This document shows positions 1 to 14,100 of a DNA stretch of 64,000 nucleotides, piece by piece. This stretch comes from Eledone cirrhosa (Eukaryota), in assembly GCA_964016885.1 (NCBI GenBank), contig OZ024742.1:124001-188000 (forward strand). The letters run 5' to 3'. The notes under the pieces were generated by a model that was not told the origin of the DNA, searched no databases, and saw only the letters and a list, made by a program, of their open reading frames with translations. Within the stretch, counting starts at the first letter, position 1. Every line of letters begins with the position of its first letter. The position numbers were made by a program, and so were the translations under genes.

Positions 1-3000
1 ACCCTCAACGTACATTCAACAGTAACCACCCTAACCCTAACCCTCAACGTACATTCAACAGTAACAACCCTAACCCTAACCCTAACCGTCAACGTACATT
101 CAACAGTAACCACCCTAACCCTAACCCTAACTCTAACCCTAACCACCCTAACCCTAACCCTCAACGTACATTCAACAGTAACCACCCTAACCCTAACCCT
201 AACCCTCAACGTACATTCAACAGTAACCACCCTAACCCTAACCCTAACCCTCAACGTACATTCAACAGTAACCACGCTAATCCTAACCCTAACCCTCAAC
301 GTACATTCAACAGTAACCACCCTAACCCTAACCCTAACCCTCAACGTACATTCAACAGTAACCACCCTAACCCTAACCCTCAACGTACATTCAACAGTAA
401 CCACCCTAACCCTAACCCTAACCCTCAACGTACATTCAACAGTAACCACTCTAACCCTAACCCTAACCCTCAACGTACATTCAACAGTAACCACCCTAAC
501 CCTAACCCTAACCCTCAACGTACATTCAACAGTAACCACTCTAACCCTAACCCTAACCCTCAACGTACATTCAACAGTAACCACCCTAACCCTAACCCTC
601 AACGTACATTCAACAGTAACCACCCTAACCCTAACCCTAACCCTCAACGTACATTCAACAGTAACCACCCTAACCCGAACCCTAACCCTCAACGTACATT
701 CAACTGTAACCATTCTAACCCTAACCCTCAACGTACATTCAACAGTAACCACTCTAACCCTAACCCTAACCCTCAACGTACATTCAACAGTAACCACCCT
801 AACCCTAACCCTCAACGTACATTCAACAGTAACCACCCTAACCCTAACCCTAACCCTCAACGTACATTCAACAGTAACCACTCTAACCCTAACCCTAACC
901 CTCAACGTACATTCAACAGTAACCACCCTAACCCTAACCCTCAACGTACATTCAACAGTAACCACCCTAACCCTAACCCTAACCCTCAACGTACATTCAA
1001 CAGTAACCACTCTAACCCTAACCCTAACCCTCAACGTACATTCAACAGTAACCACCCTAACCCTAACCCTCAACGTACATTCAACAGTAACCACCCTAAC
1101 CATAACCCTAACCCTCAACGTACATTCAACAGTAACCACCCTAACCCTAACCCTAACCCTCAACGTACATTCAACAGTAACCACCCTAACCCTAACCCTC
1201 AAAGTACATTCAACAGTAACCACCCTAACCCTAACCCTAACCCTCAACGTACATTCAACAGTAACCACCCTAACCCTAACCCTCAACGTACATTCAACAG
1301 TAACCACCCAAACCCTAACCCTAACCCTCAACGTACATTCAACAGTAACCACCCTAACCCTAACCCTAACCCTCAACGTACATTCAACAGTAACCACCCT
1401 AACCCTAACCCTAACCCTCAACGTACATTCAACAGTAACCACTCTAACCCTAACCCTAACCCTCAACGTACATTCAACAGTAACCACCCTAACCCTAACC
1501 CTCAACGTACATTCAACAGTAACCACCCTAACCCTAACCCTAACCCTCAACGTACATTCAACAGTAACCACCCTAACCCTAACCCTAACCCTCAACGTAC
1601 ATTCAACAGTAACCACTCTAACCCTAACCCTAACCCTCAACGTACATTCAACAGTAACCACCCTAACCCTAACCCTCAACGTACATTCAACAGTAACCAC
1701 TCTAACCCTAACCCTAACCCTCAACGTACATTCAACAGTAACCACCCTAACCCTAACCCTAACCCTCAACGTACATTCAACAGTAACCACTCTAACCCTA
1801 ACCCTAACCCTCAACGTACATTCAACAGTAACCACCCTAACCCTAACCCTCAACGTACATTCAACAGTAACCACCCTAACCCTAACCCTAACCCTCAACG
1901 TACATCCAACAGTAACCACCATAACCCTAACCCTAACCCTCAACGTACATTCAACTGTAACCATTCTAACCCTAACCCTCAACGTACATTCAACAGTAAC
2001 CACTCTAACCCTAACCCTAACCCTCAACGTACATTCAACAGTAACCACCCTAACCCTAACCCTCAACGTACATTCAACAGTAACCACCCTAACCCTAACC
2101 CTAACCCTCAACGTACATTCAACAGTAACCACTCTAACCCTAACCCTCAACGTACATTCAACAGTAACCACCCTAACCCTAACCCTCAACGTACATTCAA
2201 CAGTAACCACCCTAACCCTAACCCTAACCCTCAACGTACATTCAACAGTAACCACTCTAACCCTAACCCTAACCCACAACGTACATTCAACAGTAACCAC
2301 CCTAACCCTAACCCTCAACGTACATTCAACAGTAACAACCCTAACCCTAACCCTAACCCTCAAAGTACATTCAACAGTAACCACCCTAACCCTAACCCTA
2401 ACCCTCAACGTACATTCAACAGTAACCAACCTAACCCTAACCCTCAACGTACATTCAACAGTAACCACCCTAACCCTAACCCTAACCCTCAACGTTCATT
2501 CAACAGTAACCACCCTAACCCTAACCCTCAACGTACATTCAACAGTAACCACCCTAACCCTAACCCTAACCCTCAACGTACATTCAACAGTAACCACCCT
2601 AACCCTAACCCTAACCCTCAACGTACATTCAACAGTAACCACTCTAACCCTAACCCTAACCCTCAACGTACATTCAACAGTAACCACCCTAACCCTAACC
2701 CTCAACGTACATTCAACAGTAACCACCCTAACCCTAACCCTAACCCTCAACGTACATTCAACAGTAACCACCCTAACCCTAACCCTAACCCTCAACGTAC
2801 ATTCAACAGTAACCACTCTAACCCTAACCCTAACCCTCAACGTACATTCAACAGTAACCACCCTAACCCTAACCCTCAACGTACATTCAACAGTAACCAC
2901 TCTAACCCTAACCCTAACCCTCAACGTACATTCAACAGTAACCACCCTAACCCTAACCCTAACCCTCAACGTACATTCAACAGTAACCACTCTAACCCTA

Positions 3001-6000
3001 ACCCTAACCCTCAACGTACATTCAACAGTAACCACCCTAACCCTAACCCTCAACGTACATTCAACAGTAACCACCCTAACCCTAACCCTAACCCTCAACG
3101 TACATTCAACAGTAACCACCCTAACCCTAACCCTAACCCTCAACGTACATTCAACTGTAACCATTCTAACCCTAACCCTCAACGTACATTCAACAGTAAC
3201 CACTCTAACCCTAACCCTAACCCTCAACGTACATTCAACAGTAACCACCCTAACCCTAACCCTCAACGTACATTCAACAGTAACCACCCTAACCCTAACC
3301 CTAACCCTCAACGTACATTCAACAGTAACCACTCTAACCCTAACCCTAACCCTCAACGTACATTCAACAGTAACCACCCTAACCCTAACCCTTAACGTAC
3401 ATTCAACAGTAACCACCCTAACCCTAACCCTAACCCTCAACGTACATTCAACAGTAACCACTCTAACCCTAACCCTAACCCTCAACGTACATTTAACAGT
3501 AACCACCCTAACCCTAACCCTCAACGTACATTCAACAGTAACCACCCTAACCCTAACCCTAACCCTCAACGTACATTCAACAGTAACCACCCTAACCCTA
3601 TCCCTAACCCTCAACGTACATTCAACAGTAACCACCCTAACCCTAACCCTCAACGTACATTCAACAGTAACCACCCTAACCCTAACCCTAACCCTCAACG
3701 TACACTCAACAGTAACCACCCTAACCCTAACCCTCAACGTACATTCAACAGTAACCACCCTAACCCTAACCCTCAACGTACATTCAACAGTAACAACCCT
3801 AACCCTAACCCTAACCGTCAACGTACATTCAACAGTAACCACCCTAACCCTAACCCTAACTCTAACCCTAACCACCCTAACCCTAACCCTCAACGTACAT
3901 TCAACAGTAACCACCCTAACCCTAACCCTAACCCTCAACGTACATTCAACAGTAACCACCCTAACCCTAACCCTAACCCTCAACGTACATTCAACAGTAA
4001 CCACGCTAATCCTAACCCTAACCCTCAACGTACATTCAACAGTAACCACCCTAACCCTAACCCTAACCCTCAACGTACATTCAACAGTAACCACCCTAAC
4101 CCTAACCCTCAACGTACATTCAACAGTAACCACCCTAACCCTAACCCTAACCCTCAACGTACATTCAACAGTAACCACTCTAACCCTAACCCTAACCCTC
4201 AACGTACATTCAACAGTAACCACCCTAACCCTAACCCTAACCCTCAACGTACATTCAACAGTAACCACTCTAACCCTAACCCTAACCCTCAACGTACATT
4301 CAACAGTAACCACCCTAACCCTAACCCTCAACGTACATTCAACAGTAACCACCCTAACCCTAACCCTAACCCTCAACGTACATTCAACAGTAACCACCCT
4401 AACCCGAACCCTAACCCTCAACGTACATTCAACTGTAACCATTCTAACCCTAACCCTCAACGTACATTCAACAGTAACCACTCTAACCCTAACCCTAACC
4501 CTCAACGTACATTCAACAGTAACCACCCTAACCCTAACCCTCAACGTACATTCAACAGTAACCACCCTAACCCTAACCCTAACCCTCAACGTACATTCAA
4601 CAGTAACCACTCTAACCCTAACCCTAACCCTCAACGTACATTCAACAGTAACCACCCTAACCCTAACCCTCAACGTACATTCAACAGTAACCACCCTAAC
4701 CCTAACCCTAACCCTCAACGTACATTCAACAGTAACCACTCTAACCCTAACCCTAACCCTCAACGTACATTCAACAGTAACCACCCTAACCCTAACCCTC
4801 AACGTACATTCAACAGTAACCACCCTAACCATAACCCTAACCCTCAACGTACATTCAACAGTAACCACCCAAACCCTAACCCTAACCCTCAACGTACATT
4901 CAACAGTAACCACCCTAACCCTAACCCTCAAAGTACATTCAACAGTAACCACCCTAACCCTAACCCTAACCCTCAACGTACATTCAACAGTAACCACCCT
5001 AACCCTAACCCTCAACGTACATTCAACAGTAACCACCCAAACCCTAACCCTAACCCTCAACGTACATTCAACAGTAACCACCCTAACCCTAACCCTAACC
5101 CTCAACGTACATTCAACAGTAACCACCCTAACCCTAACCCTAACCCTCAACGTACATTCAACAGTAACCACTCTAACCCTAACCCTAACCCTCAACGTAC
5201 ATTCAACAGTAACCACCCTAACCCTAACCCTCAACGTACATTCAACAGTAACCACCCTAACCCTAACCCTAACCCTCAACGTACATTCAACAGTAACCAC
5301 CCTAACCCTAACCCTAACCCTCAACGTACATTCAACAGTAACCACTCTAACCCTAACCCTAACCCTCAACGTACATTCAACAGTAACCACCCTAACCCTA
5401 ACCCTCAACGTACATTCAACAGTAACCACTCTAACCCTAACCCTAACCCTCAACGTACATTCAACAGTAACCACCCTAACCCTAACCCTAACCCTCAACG
5501 TACATTCAACAGTAACCACTCTAACCCTAACCCTAACCCTCAACGTACATTCAACAGTAACCACCCTAACCCTAACCCTCAACGTACATTCAACAGTAAC
5601 CACCCTAACCCTAACCCTAACCCTCAACGTACATCCAACAGTAACCACCATAACCCTAACCCTAACCCTCAACGTACATTCAACTGTAACCATTCTAACC
5701 CTAACCCTCAACGTACATTCAACAGTAACCACTCTAACCCTAACCCTAACCCTCAACGTACATTCAACAGTAACCACCCTAACCCTAACCCTCAACGTAC
5801 ATTCAACAGTAACCACCCTAACCCTAACCCTAACCCTCAACGTACATTCAACAGTAACCACTCTAACCCTAACCCTCAACGTACATTCAACAGTAACCAC
5901 CCTAACCCTAACCCTCAACGTACATTCAACAGTAACCACCCTAACCCTAACCCTAACCCTCAACGTACATTCAACAGTAACCACTCTAACCCTAACCCTA

Positions 6001-9000
6001 ACCCACAACGTACATTCAACAGTAACCACCCTAACCCTAACCCTCAACGTACATTCAACAGTAACAACCCTAACCCTAACCCTAACCCTCAAAGTACATT
6101 CAACAGTAACCACCCTAACCCTAACCCTAACCCTCAACGTACATTCAACAGTAACCAACCTAACCCTAACCCTCAACGTACATTCAACAGTAACCACCCT
6201 AACCCTAACCCTAACCCTCAACGTTCATTCAACAGTAACCACCCTAACCCTAACCCTCAACGTACATTCAACAGTAACCACCCTAACCCTAACCCTAACC
6301 CTCAACGTACATTCAACAGTAACCACCCTAACCCTAACCCTAACCCTCAACGTACATTCAACAGTAACCACTCTAACCCTAACCCTAACCCTCAACGTAC
6401 ATTCAACAGTAACCACCCTAACCCTAACCCTCAACGTACATTCAACAGTAACCACCCTAACCCTAACCCTAACCCTCAACGTACATTCAACAGTAACCAC
6501 TCTAACCCTAACCCTAACCCTCAACGTACATTCAACAGTAACCACCCTAACCCTAACCCTCAACGTACATTCAACAGTAACCACTCTAACCCTAACCCTA
6601 ACCCTCAACGTACATTCAACAGTAACCACCCTAACCCTAACCCTAACCCCCAACGTACATTCAACAGTAACCACTCTAACCCTAACCCTAACCCTCAACG
6701 TACATTCAACAGTAACCACCCTAACCCTAACCCTCAACGTACATTCAACAGTAACCACCCTAACCCTAACCCTAACCCTCAACGTACATTCAACAGTAAC
6801 CACCCTAACCCTAACCCTAACCCTCAACGTACATTCAACTGTAACCATTCTAACCCTAACCCTCAACGTACATTCAACAGTAACCACTCTAACCCTAACC
6901 CTAACCCTCAACGTACATTCAACAGTAACCACCCTAACCCTAACCCTCAACGTACATTCAACAGTAACCACCCTAACCCTAACCCTAACCCTCAACGTAC
7001 ATTCAACAGTAACCACTCTAACCCTAACCCTAACCCTCAACGTACATTCAACAGTAACCACCCTAACCCTAACCCTTAACGTACATTCAACAGTAACCAC
7101 CCTAACCCTAACCCTAACCCTCAACGTACATTCAACAGTAACCACTCTAACCCTAACCCTAACCCTCAACGTACATTTAACAGTAACCACCCTAACCCTA
7201 ACCCTCAACGTACATTCAACAGTAACCACCCTAACCCTAACCCTAACCCTCAACGTACATTCAACAGTAACCACCCTAACCCTATCCCTAACCCTCAACG
7301 TACATTCAACAGTAACCACCCTAACCCTAACCCTCAACGTACATTCAACAGTAACCACCCTAACCCTAACCCTCAACGTACATTCAACAGTAACCACCCT
7401 AACCCTAACCCTAACCCTCAACGTACACTCAACAGTAACCACCCTAACCCTAACCCTCAACGTACATTCAACAGTAACCACCCTAACCCTAACCCTCAAC
7501 GTACATTCAACAGTAACAACCCTAACCCTAACCCTAACCGTCAACGTACATTCAACAGTAACCACCCTAACCCTAACCCTAACTCTAACCCTAACCACCC
7601 TAACCCTAACCCTCAACGTACATTCAACAGTAACCACCCTAACCCTAACCCTAACCCTCAACGTACATTCAACAGTAACCACCCTAACCCTAACCCTAAC
7701 CCTCAACGTACATTCAACAGTAACCACGCTAATCCTAACCCTAACCCTCAACGTACATTCAACAGTAACCACCCTAACCCTAGCCCTAACCCTCAACGTA
7801 CATTCAACAGTAACCACCCTAACCCTAACCCTCAACGTACATTCAACAGTAACCACCCTAACCCTAACCCTAACCCTCAACGTACATTCAACAGTAACCA
7901 CTCTAACCCTAACCCTAACCCTCAACGTACATTCAACAGTAACCACCCTAACCCTAACCCTAACCCTCAACGTACATTCAACAGTAACCACTCTAACCCT
8001 AACCCTAACCCTCAACGTACATTCAACAGTAACCACCCTAACCCTAACCCTCAACGTACATTCAACAGTAACCACCCTAACCCTAACCCTAACCCTCAAC
8101 GTACATTCAACAGTAACCACCCTAACCCGAACCCTAACCCTCAACGTACATTCAACTGTAACCATTCTAACCCTAACCCTCAACGTACATTCAACAGTAA
8201 CCACTCTAACCCTAACCCTAACCCTCAACGTACATTCAACAGTAACCACCCTAACCCTAACCCTCAACGTACATTCAACAGTAACCACCCTAACCCTAAC
8301 CCTAACCCTCAACGTACATTCAACAGTAACCACTCTAACCCTAACCCTCAACGTACATTCAACAGTAACCACCCTAACCCTAACCCTCAACGTACATTCA
8401 ACAGTAACCACCCTAACCCTAACCCTAACCCTCAACGTACATTCAACAGTAACCACTCTAACCCTAACCCTAACCCTCAACGTACATTCAACAGTAACCA
8501 CCCTAACCCTAACCCTCAACGTACATTCAACAGTAACCACCCTAACCATAACCCTAACCCTCAACGTACATTCAACAGTAACCACCCTAACCCTAACCCT
8601 AACCCTCAACGTACATTCAACAGTAACCACCCTAACCCTAACCCTCAAAGTACATTCAACAGTAACCACCCTAACCCTAACCCTAACCCTCAACGTACAT
8701 TCAACAGTAACCACCCTAACCCTAACCCTCAACGTACATTCAACAGTAACCACCCAAACCCTAACCCTAACCCTCAACGTACATTCAACAGTAACCACCC
8801 TAACCCTAACCCTAACCCTCAACGTACATTCAACAGTAACCACCCTAACCCTAACCCTAACCCTCAACGTACATTCAACAGTAACCACTCTAACCCTAAC
8901 ACTAACCCTCAACGTACATTCAACAGTAACCACCCTAACCCTAACCCTCAACGTACATTCAACAGTAACCACCCTAACCCTAACCCTAACCCTCAACGTA

Positions 9001-11142
9001 CATTCAACAGTAACCACCCTAACCCTAACCCTAACCCTCAACGTACATTCAACAGTAACCACTCTAACCCTAACCCTAACCCTCAACGTACATTCAACAG
9101 TAACCACCCTAACCCTAACCCTCAACGTACATTCAACAGTAACCACTCTAACCCTAACCCTAACCCTCAACGTACATTCAACAGTAACCACCCTAACCCT
9201 AACCCTAACCCTCAACGTACATTCAACAGTAACCACTCTAACCCTAACCCTAACCCTCAACGTACATTCAACAGTAACCACCCTAACCCTAACCCTCAAC
9301 GTACATTCAACAGTAACCACCCTAACCCTAACCCTAACCCTCAACGTACATCCAACAGTAACCACCATAACCCTAACCCTAACCCTCAACGTACATTCAA
9401 CTGTAACCATTCTAACCCTAACCCTCAACGTACATTCAACAGTAACCACTCTAACCCTAACCCTAACCCTCAACGTACATTCAACAGTAACCACCCTAAC
9501 CCTAACCCTCAACGTACATTCAACAGTAACCACCCTAACCCTAACCCTAACCCTCAACGTACATTCAACAGTAACCACTCTAACCCTAACCCTCAACGTA
9601 CATTCAACAGTAACCACCCTAACCCTAACCCTCAACGTACATTCAACAGTAACCACCCTAACCCTAACCCTAACCCTCAACGTACATTCAACAGTAACCA
9701 CTCTAACCCTAACCCTAACCCACAACGTACATTCAACAGTAACCACCCTAACCCTAACCCTCAACGTACATTCAACAGTAACAACCCTAACCCTAACCCT
9801 AACCCTCAAAGTACATTCAACAGTAACCACCCTAACCCTAACCCTAACCCTCAACGTACATTCAACAGTAACCAACCTAACCCTAACCCTCAACGTACAT
9901 TCAACAGTAACCACCCTAACCCTAACCCTAACCCTCAACGTTCATTCAACAGTAACCACCCTAACCCTAACCCTCAACGTACATTCAACAGTAACCACCC
10001 TAACCCTAACCCTAACCCTCAACGTACATTCAACAGTAACCACCCTAACCCTAACCCTAACCCTCAACGTACATTCAACAGTAGCCACTCTAACCCTAAC
10101 CCTAACCCTCAACGTACATTCAACAGTAACCACCCTAACCCTAACCCTCAACGTACATTCAACAGTAACCACCCTAACCCTAACCCTAACCCTCAACGTA
10201 CATTCAACAGTAACCACCCTAACCCTAACCCTAACCCTCAACGTACATTCAACAGTAACCACTCTAACCCTAACCCTAACCCTCAACGTACATTCAACAG
10301 TAACCACCCTAACCCTAACCCTCAACGTACATTCAACAGTAACCACTCTAACCCTAACCCTAACCCTCAACGTACATTCAACAGTAACCACCCTAACCCT
10401 AACCCTAACCCTCAACGTACATTCAACAGTAACCACTCTAACCCTAACCCTAACCCTCAACGTACATTCAACAGTAACCACCCTAACCCTAACCCTCAAC
10501 GTACATTCAACAGTAACCACCCTAACCCTAACCCTAACCCTCAACGTACATTCAACAGTAACCACCATAACCCTAACCCTAACCCTCAACGTACATTCAA
10601 CTGTAACCATTCTAACCCTAACCCTCAACGTACATTCAACAGTAACCACTCTAACCCTAACCCTAACCCTCAACGTACATTCAACAGTAACCACCCTAAC
10701 CCTAACCCTCAACGTACATTCAACAGTAACCACCCTAACCCTAACCCTAACCCTCAACGTACATTCAACAGTAACCACTCTAACCCTAACCCTCAACGTA
10801 CATTCAACAGTAACCACCCTAACCCTAACCCTCAACGTACATTCAACAGTAACCACCCTAACCCTAACCCTAACCCTCAACGTACATTCAACAGTAACCA
10901 CTCTAACCCTAACCCTAACCCTCAACGTACATTCAACAGTAACCACCCTAACCCTAACCCTCAACGTACATTCAACAGTAACCACCCTAACCCTAACCCT
11001 AACCCTCAACGTACATTCAACAGTAACCACCCTAACCCTAACCCTAACCCTCAACGTACATTCAACAGTAACCACCCTAACCCTAACCCTCAACGTACAT
11101 TCAACAGTAACCACCCTAACCCTAACCCTAACCCTCAACGTT
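1..11142. repeat. Higher-order repeat of ~3.72-3.73 kb built from ~1.2-kb subunits
   Basis: Rare variants recur in register: ACCGTC at 88/3817/7540; ACGTTCATT at 2496/6225/9942/11142; AACTGTAACCATT at 702, 1953, 3153, 4431, 5682, 6837, 8154, 9399, 10599. Confidence 0.9.
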
Positions 11143-14100
11143 CATTCAACAGTAACCACCCTAACCCTAACCCTCAACGTACATTCAACAGTAACCACCC
11201 TAACCCTAACCCTCAACGTACATTCAACAGTAACCACCCTAACCCTAACCCTAACCCTCAACGCACATTCAACAGTAACCACCCTAACCCTAACCCTAAC
11301 CCTCAACGTACATTCAACAGTAACCACTCTAACCCTAACCCTAACCCTCAACGTACATTCAACAGTAACCACCCTAACCCTAACCCTCAACGTACATTCA
11401 ACAGTAACCACCCTAACCCTAACCCTAACCCTCAACGTACATTCAACAGTAACCACCCTAACCCTAACCATAACCCTCAACGTACATTCAACAGTAACCA
11501 CTCTAACCCTAACCCTAACCCTCAACGTACATTCAACAGTAACCACCCTAACCCTAACCCTCAACGTACATTCAACAGTAACCACTCTAACCCTAACCCT
11601 AACCCTCAACGTACATTCAACAGTAACCACCCTAACCCTAACCCTAACCCTCAACGTACATTCAACAGCAACCACTCTAACCCTAACCCTAACCCTCAAC
11701 GTACATTCAACAGTAACCACCCTAACCCTAACCATCAACGTACATTCAACAGTAACCACCCTAACCCTAACCCTAACCCTCAACGTACATTCAACAGTAA
11801 CCACCATAACCCTAACCCTAACCCTCAACGTACATTCAACTGTAACCATTCTAACCCTAACCCTCAACGTACATTCAACAGTAACCACTCTAACCCTAAC
11901 CCTAACCCTCAACGTACATTCAACAGTAACCACCCTAACCCTAACCCTCAACGTACATTCAACAGTAACCACCCTAACCCTAACCCTAACCCTCAACGTA
12001 CATTCAACAGTAACCACTCTAACCCTAACCCTCAACGTACATTCAACAGTAACCACCCTAACCCTAACCCTCAACGTACTTTCAACAGTAACCACCCTAA
12101 CCCTAACCCTAAGCCTCAACGTACATTCAACAGTAACCACTCTAACCCTAACCCTAACCCTCAACGTACATTCAACAGTAACCACCCTAACCCTAACCCT
12201 CAACGTACATTCAACAGTAACCACCCTAACCCTAACCCTAACCCTCAACGTACATTCAACAGTAACCACCCTAACCCTAACCCTAACCCTGAACGTACAT
12301 TCAACAGTAACCACCCTAACCCTAACCCTCAACGTACATTCAACAGTAACCACCCTAACCCTAACCCTAACCCTCAACGTACATTCAACAGTAACCACCC
12401 TAACCCTAACCCTAACCCTCAACGTACATTCAACAGTAACCACCCTAACCCTAACCCTAACCCTCAACGTACATTCAACAGTAACCACCCTAACCCTAAC
12501 CCTCAACGTACATTCAACAGTAACCACCCTAACCCTAACCCTAACCCTCAACGTACATTCAACAGTAACCACCCTAACCCTAACACTAACCCTAAACGTA
12601 CATTCAACAGTAACCACCCTAACCCTAACCCTAACCCTCAACGTACATTCAACAGTAACCACCCTAACCCTAACCCTCAACGTACATTCAACAGTAACCA
12701 CCCTAACCCTAACCCTAACCCTCAACGTACATTCAACAGTAACCACCCTAACCCTAACCCTAACCCTCAACGTACATTCAACAGTAACCACCCTAACCCT
12801 AACCCTAACCCTCAACGTACATTCAACAGTAACCACCCTAACCCTAACCCTCAACGTACATTCAACAGTAACCACCCTAATCCTAACCCTAACCCTCAAC
12901 GTACATTCAACAGTAACCACCCTAACCCTAACCCTAACCCTCAACGTACATTCAACAGTAACCACCCTAACCCTAACCCTAACCCTCAACGTACATTCAA
13001 CAGTAACCACCCTAACCCTAACCCTCAACGTACATTCAACAGTAACCACCATAACCCTAACCCTAACCCTCAACATACATTCAACAGTAACCACCCTAAC
13101 CCTAACCCTCAACGTACATTCAACATTAACCACCCTAACCCTAACCCTAACCCTCAACGTACATTCAACAGTAACCACCCTAACCCTAACCCTCAACGTA
13201 CATTCAACAGTAACCACCCTAACCCTAACCCTAACCCTCAACGTACATTCAACAGTAACCACCCTAACCCTAATCCTCAACGTACATTCAACAGTAACAA
13301 CCCTAACCCTAACCCTAACCCTCAACGTACATTCAACAGTAACCACCCTAACCCTAACCCTAACCCTAACCACCCTAACCCTAACCCTCAACGTACATTC
13401 AACAGTAACCACCCTAACCCTAACCCTAACCCTCAACGTACATTCAACAGTAACCACTCTAACCCTAACCCTAACCCTCAACGTACATTCAACAGTAACC
13501 AGCCTAACCCTAACCCTAACCCTCAACGTACATTCAACAGTAACCACCCTAATCCTAACCCTAACCCTCAACGTATATTCAACAGTAACCACCCTAACCC
13601 TAACCCTCAACGTACATTCAACAGTAACAACCCTAACCCTAACCCTAACCCTCAACGTACATTCAACAGTAACCACCCTAACCCTAACCCTAACCCTCAA
13701 CGTACATTCAACAGTAACCACCCTAACCCTAACCCTCAACGTACATTCAACAGTAACAACCCTAACCCTAACCCTCAACGTACATTCAACAGTAACCACC
13801 CTAACCCTAACCCTAGCCCTAACCCTAACCCTAACCACCCTAACCCTAACCCTCAACGTACATTCAACAGTAACCACCCTAACCCTAACCCTAACCCTCA
13901 ACGTACATTCAACAGTAACCACTCTAACCCTAACCCTAACCCTCAACGTACATTCAACAGTAACCACCCTAACCCTAACCCTAACCCTCAACGTACATTC
14001 AACAGTAACCACCCTAACCCTAACCCTAACCCTCAACGTACATTCAACAGTAACCACCCTAACCCTAACCCTCAACGTACATTCAACAGTAACAACCCTA

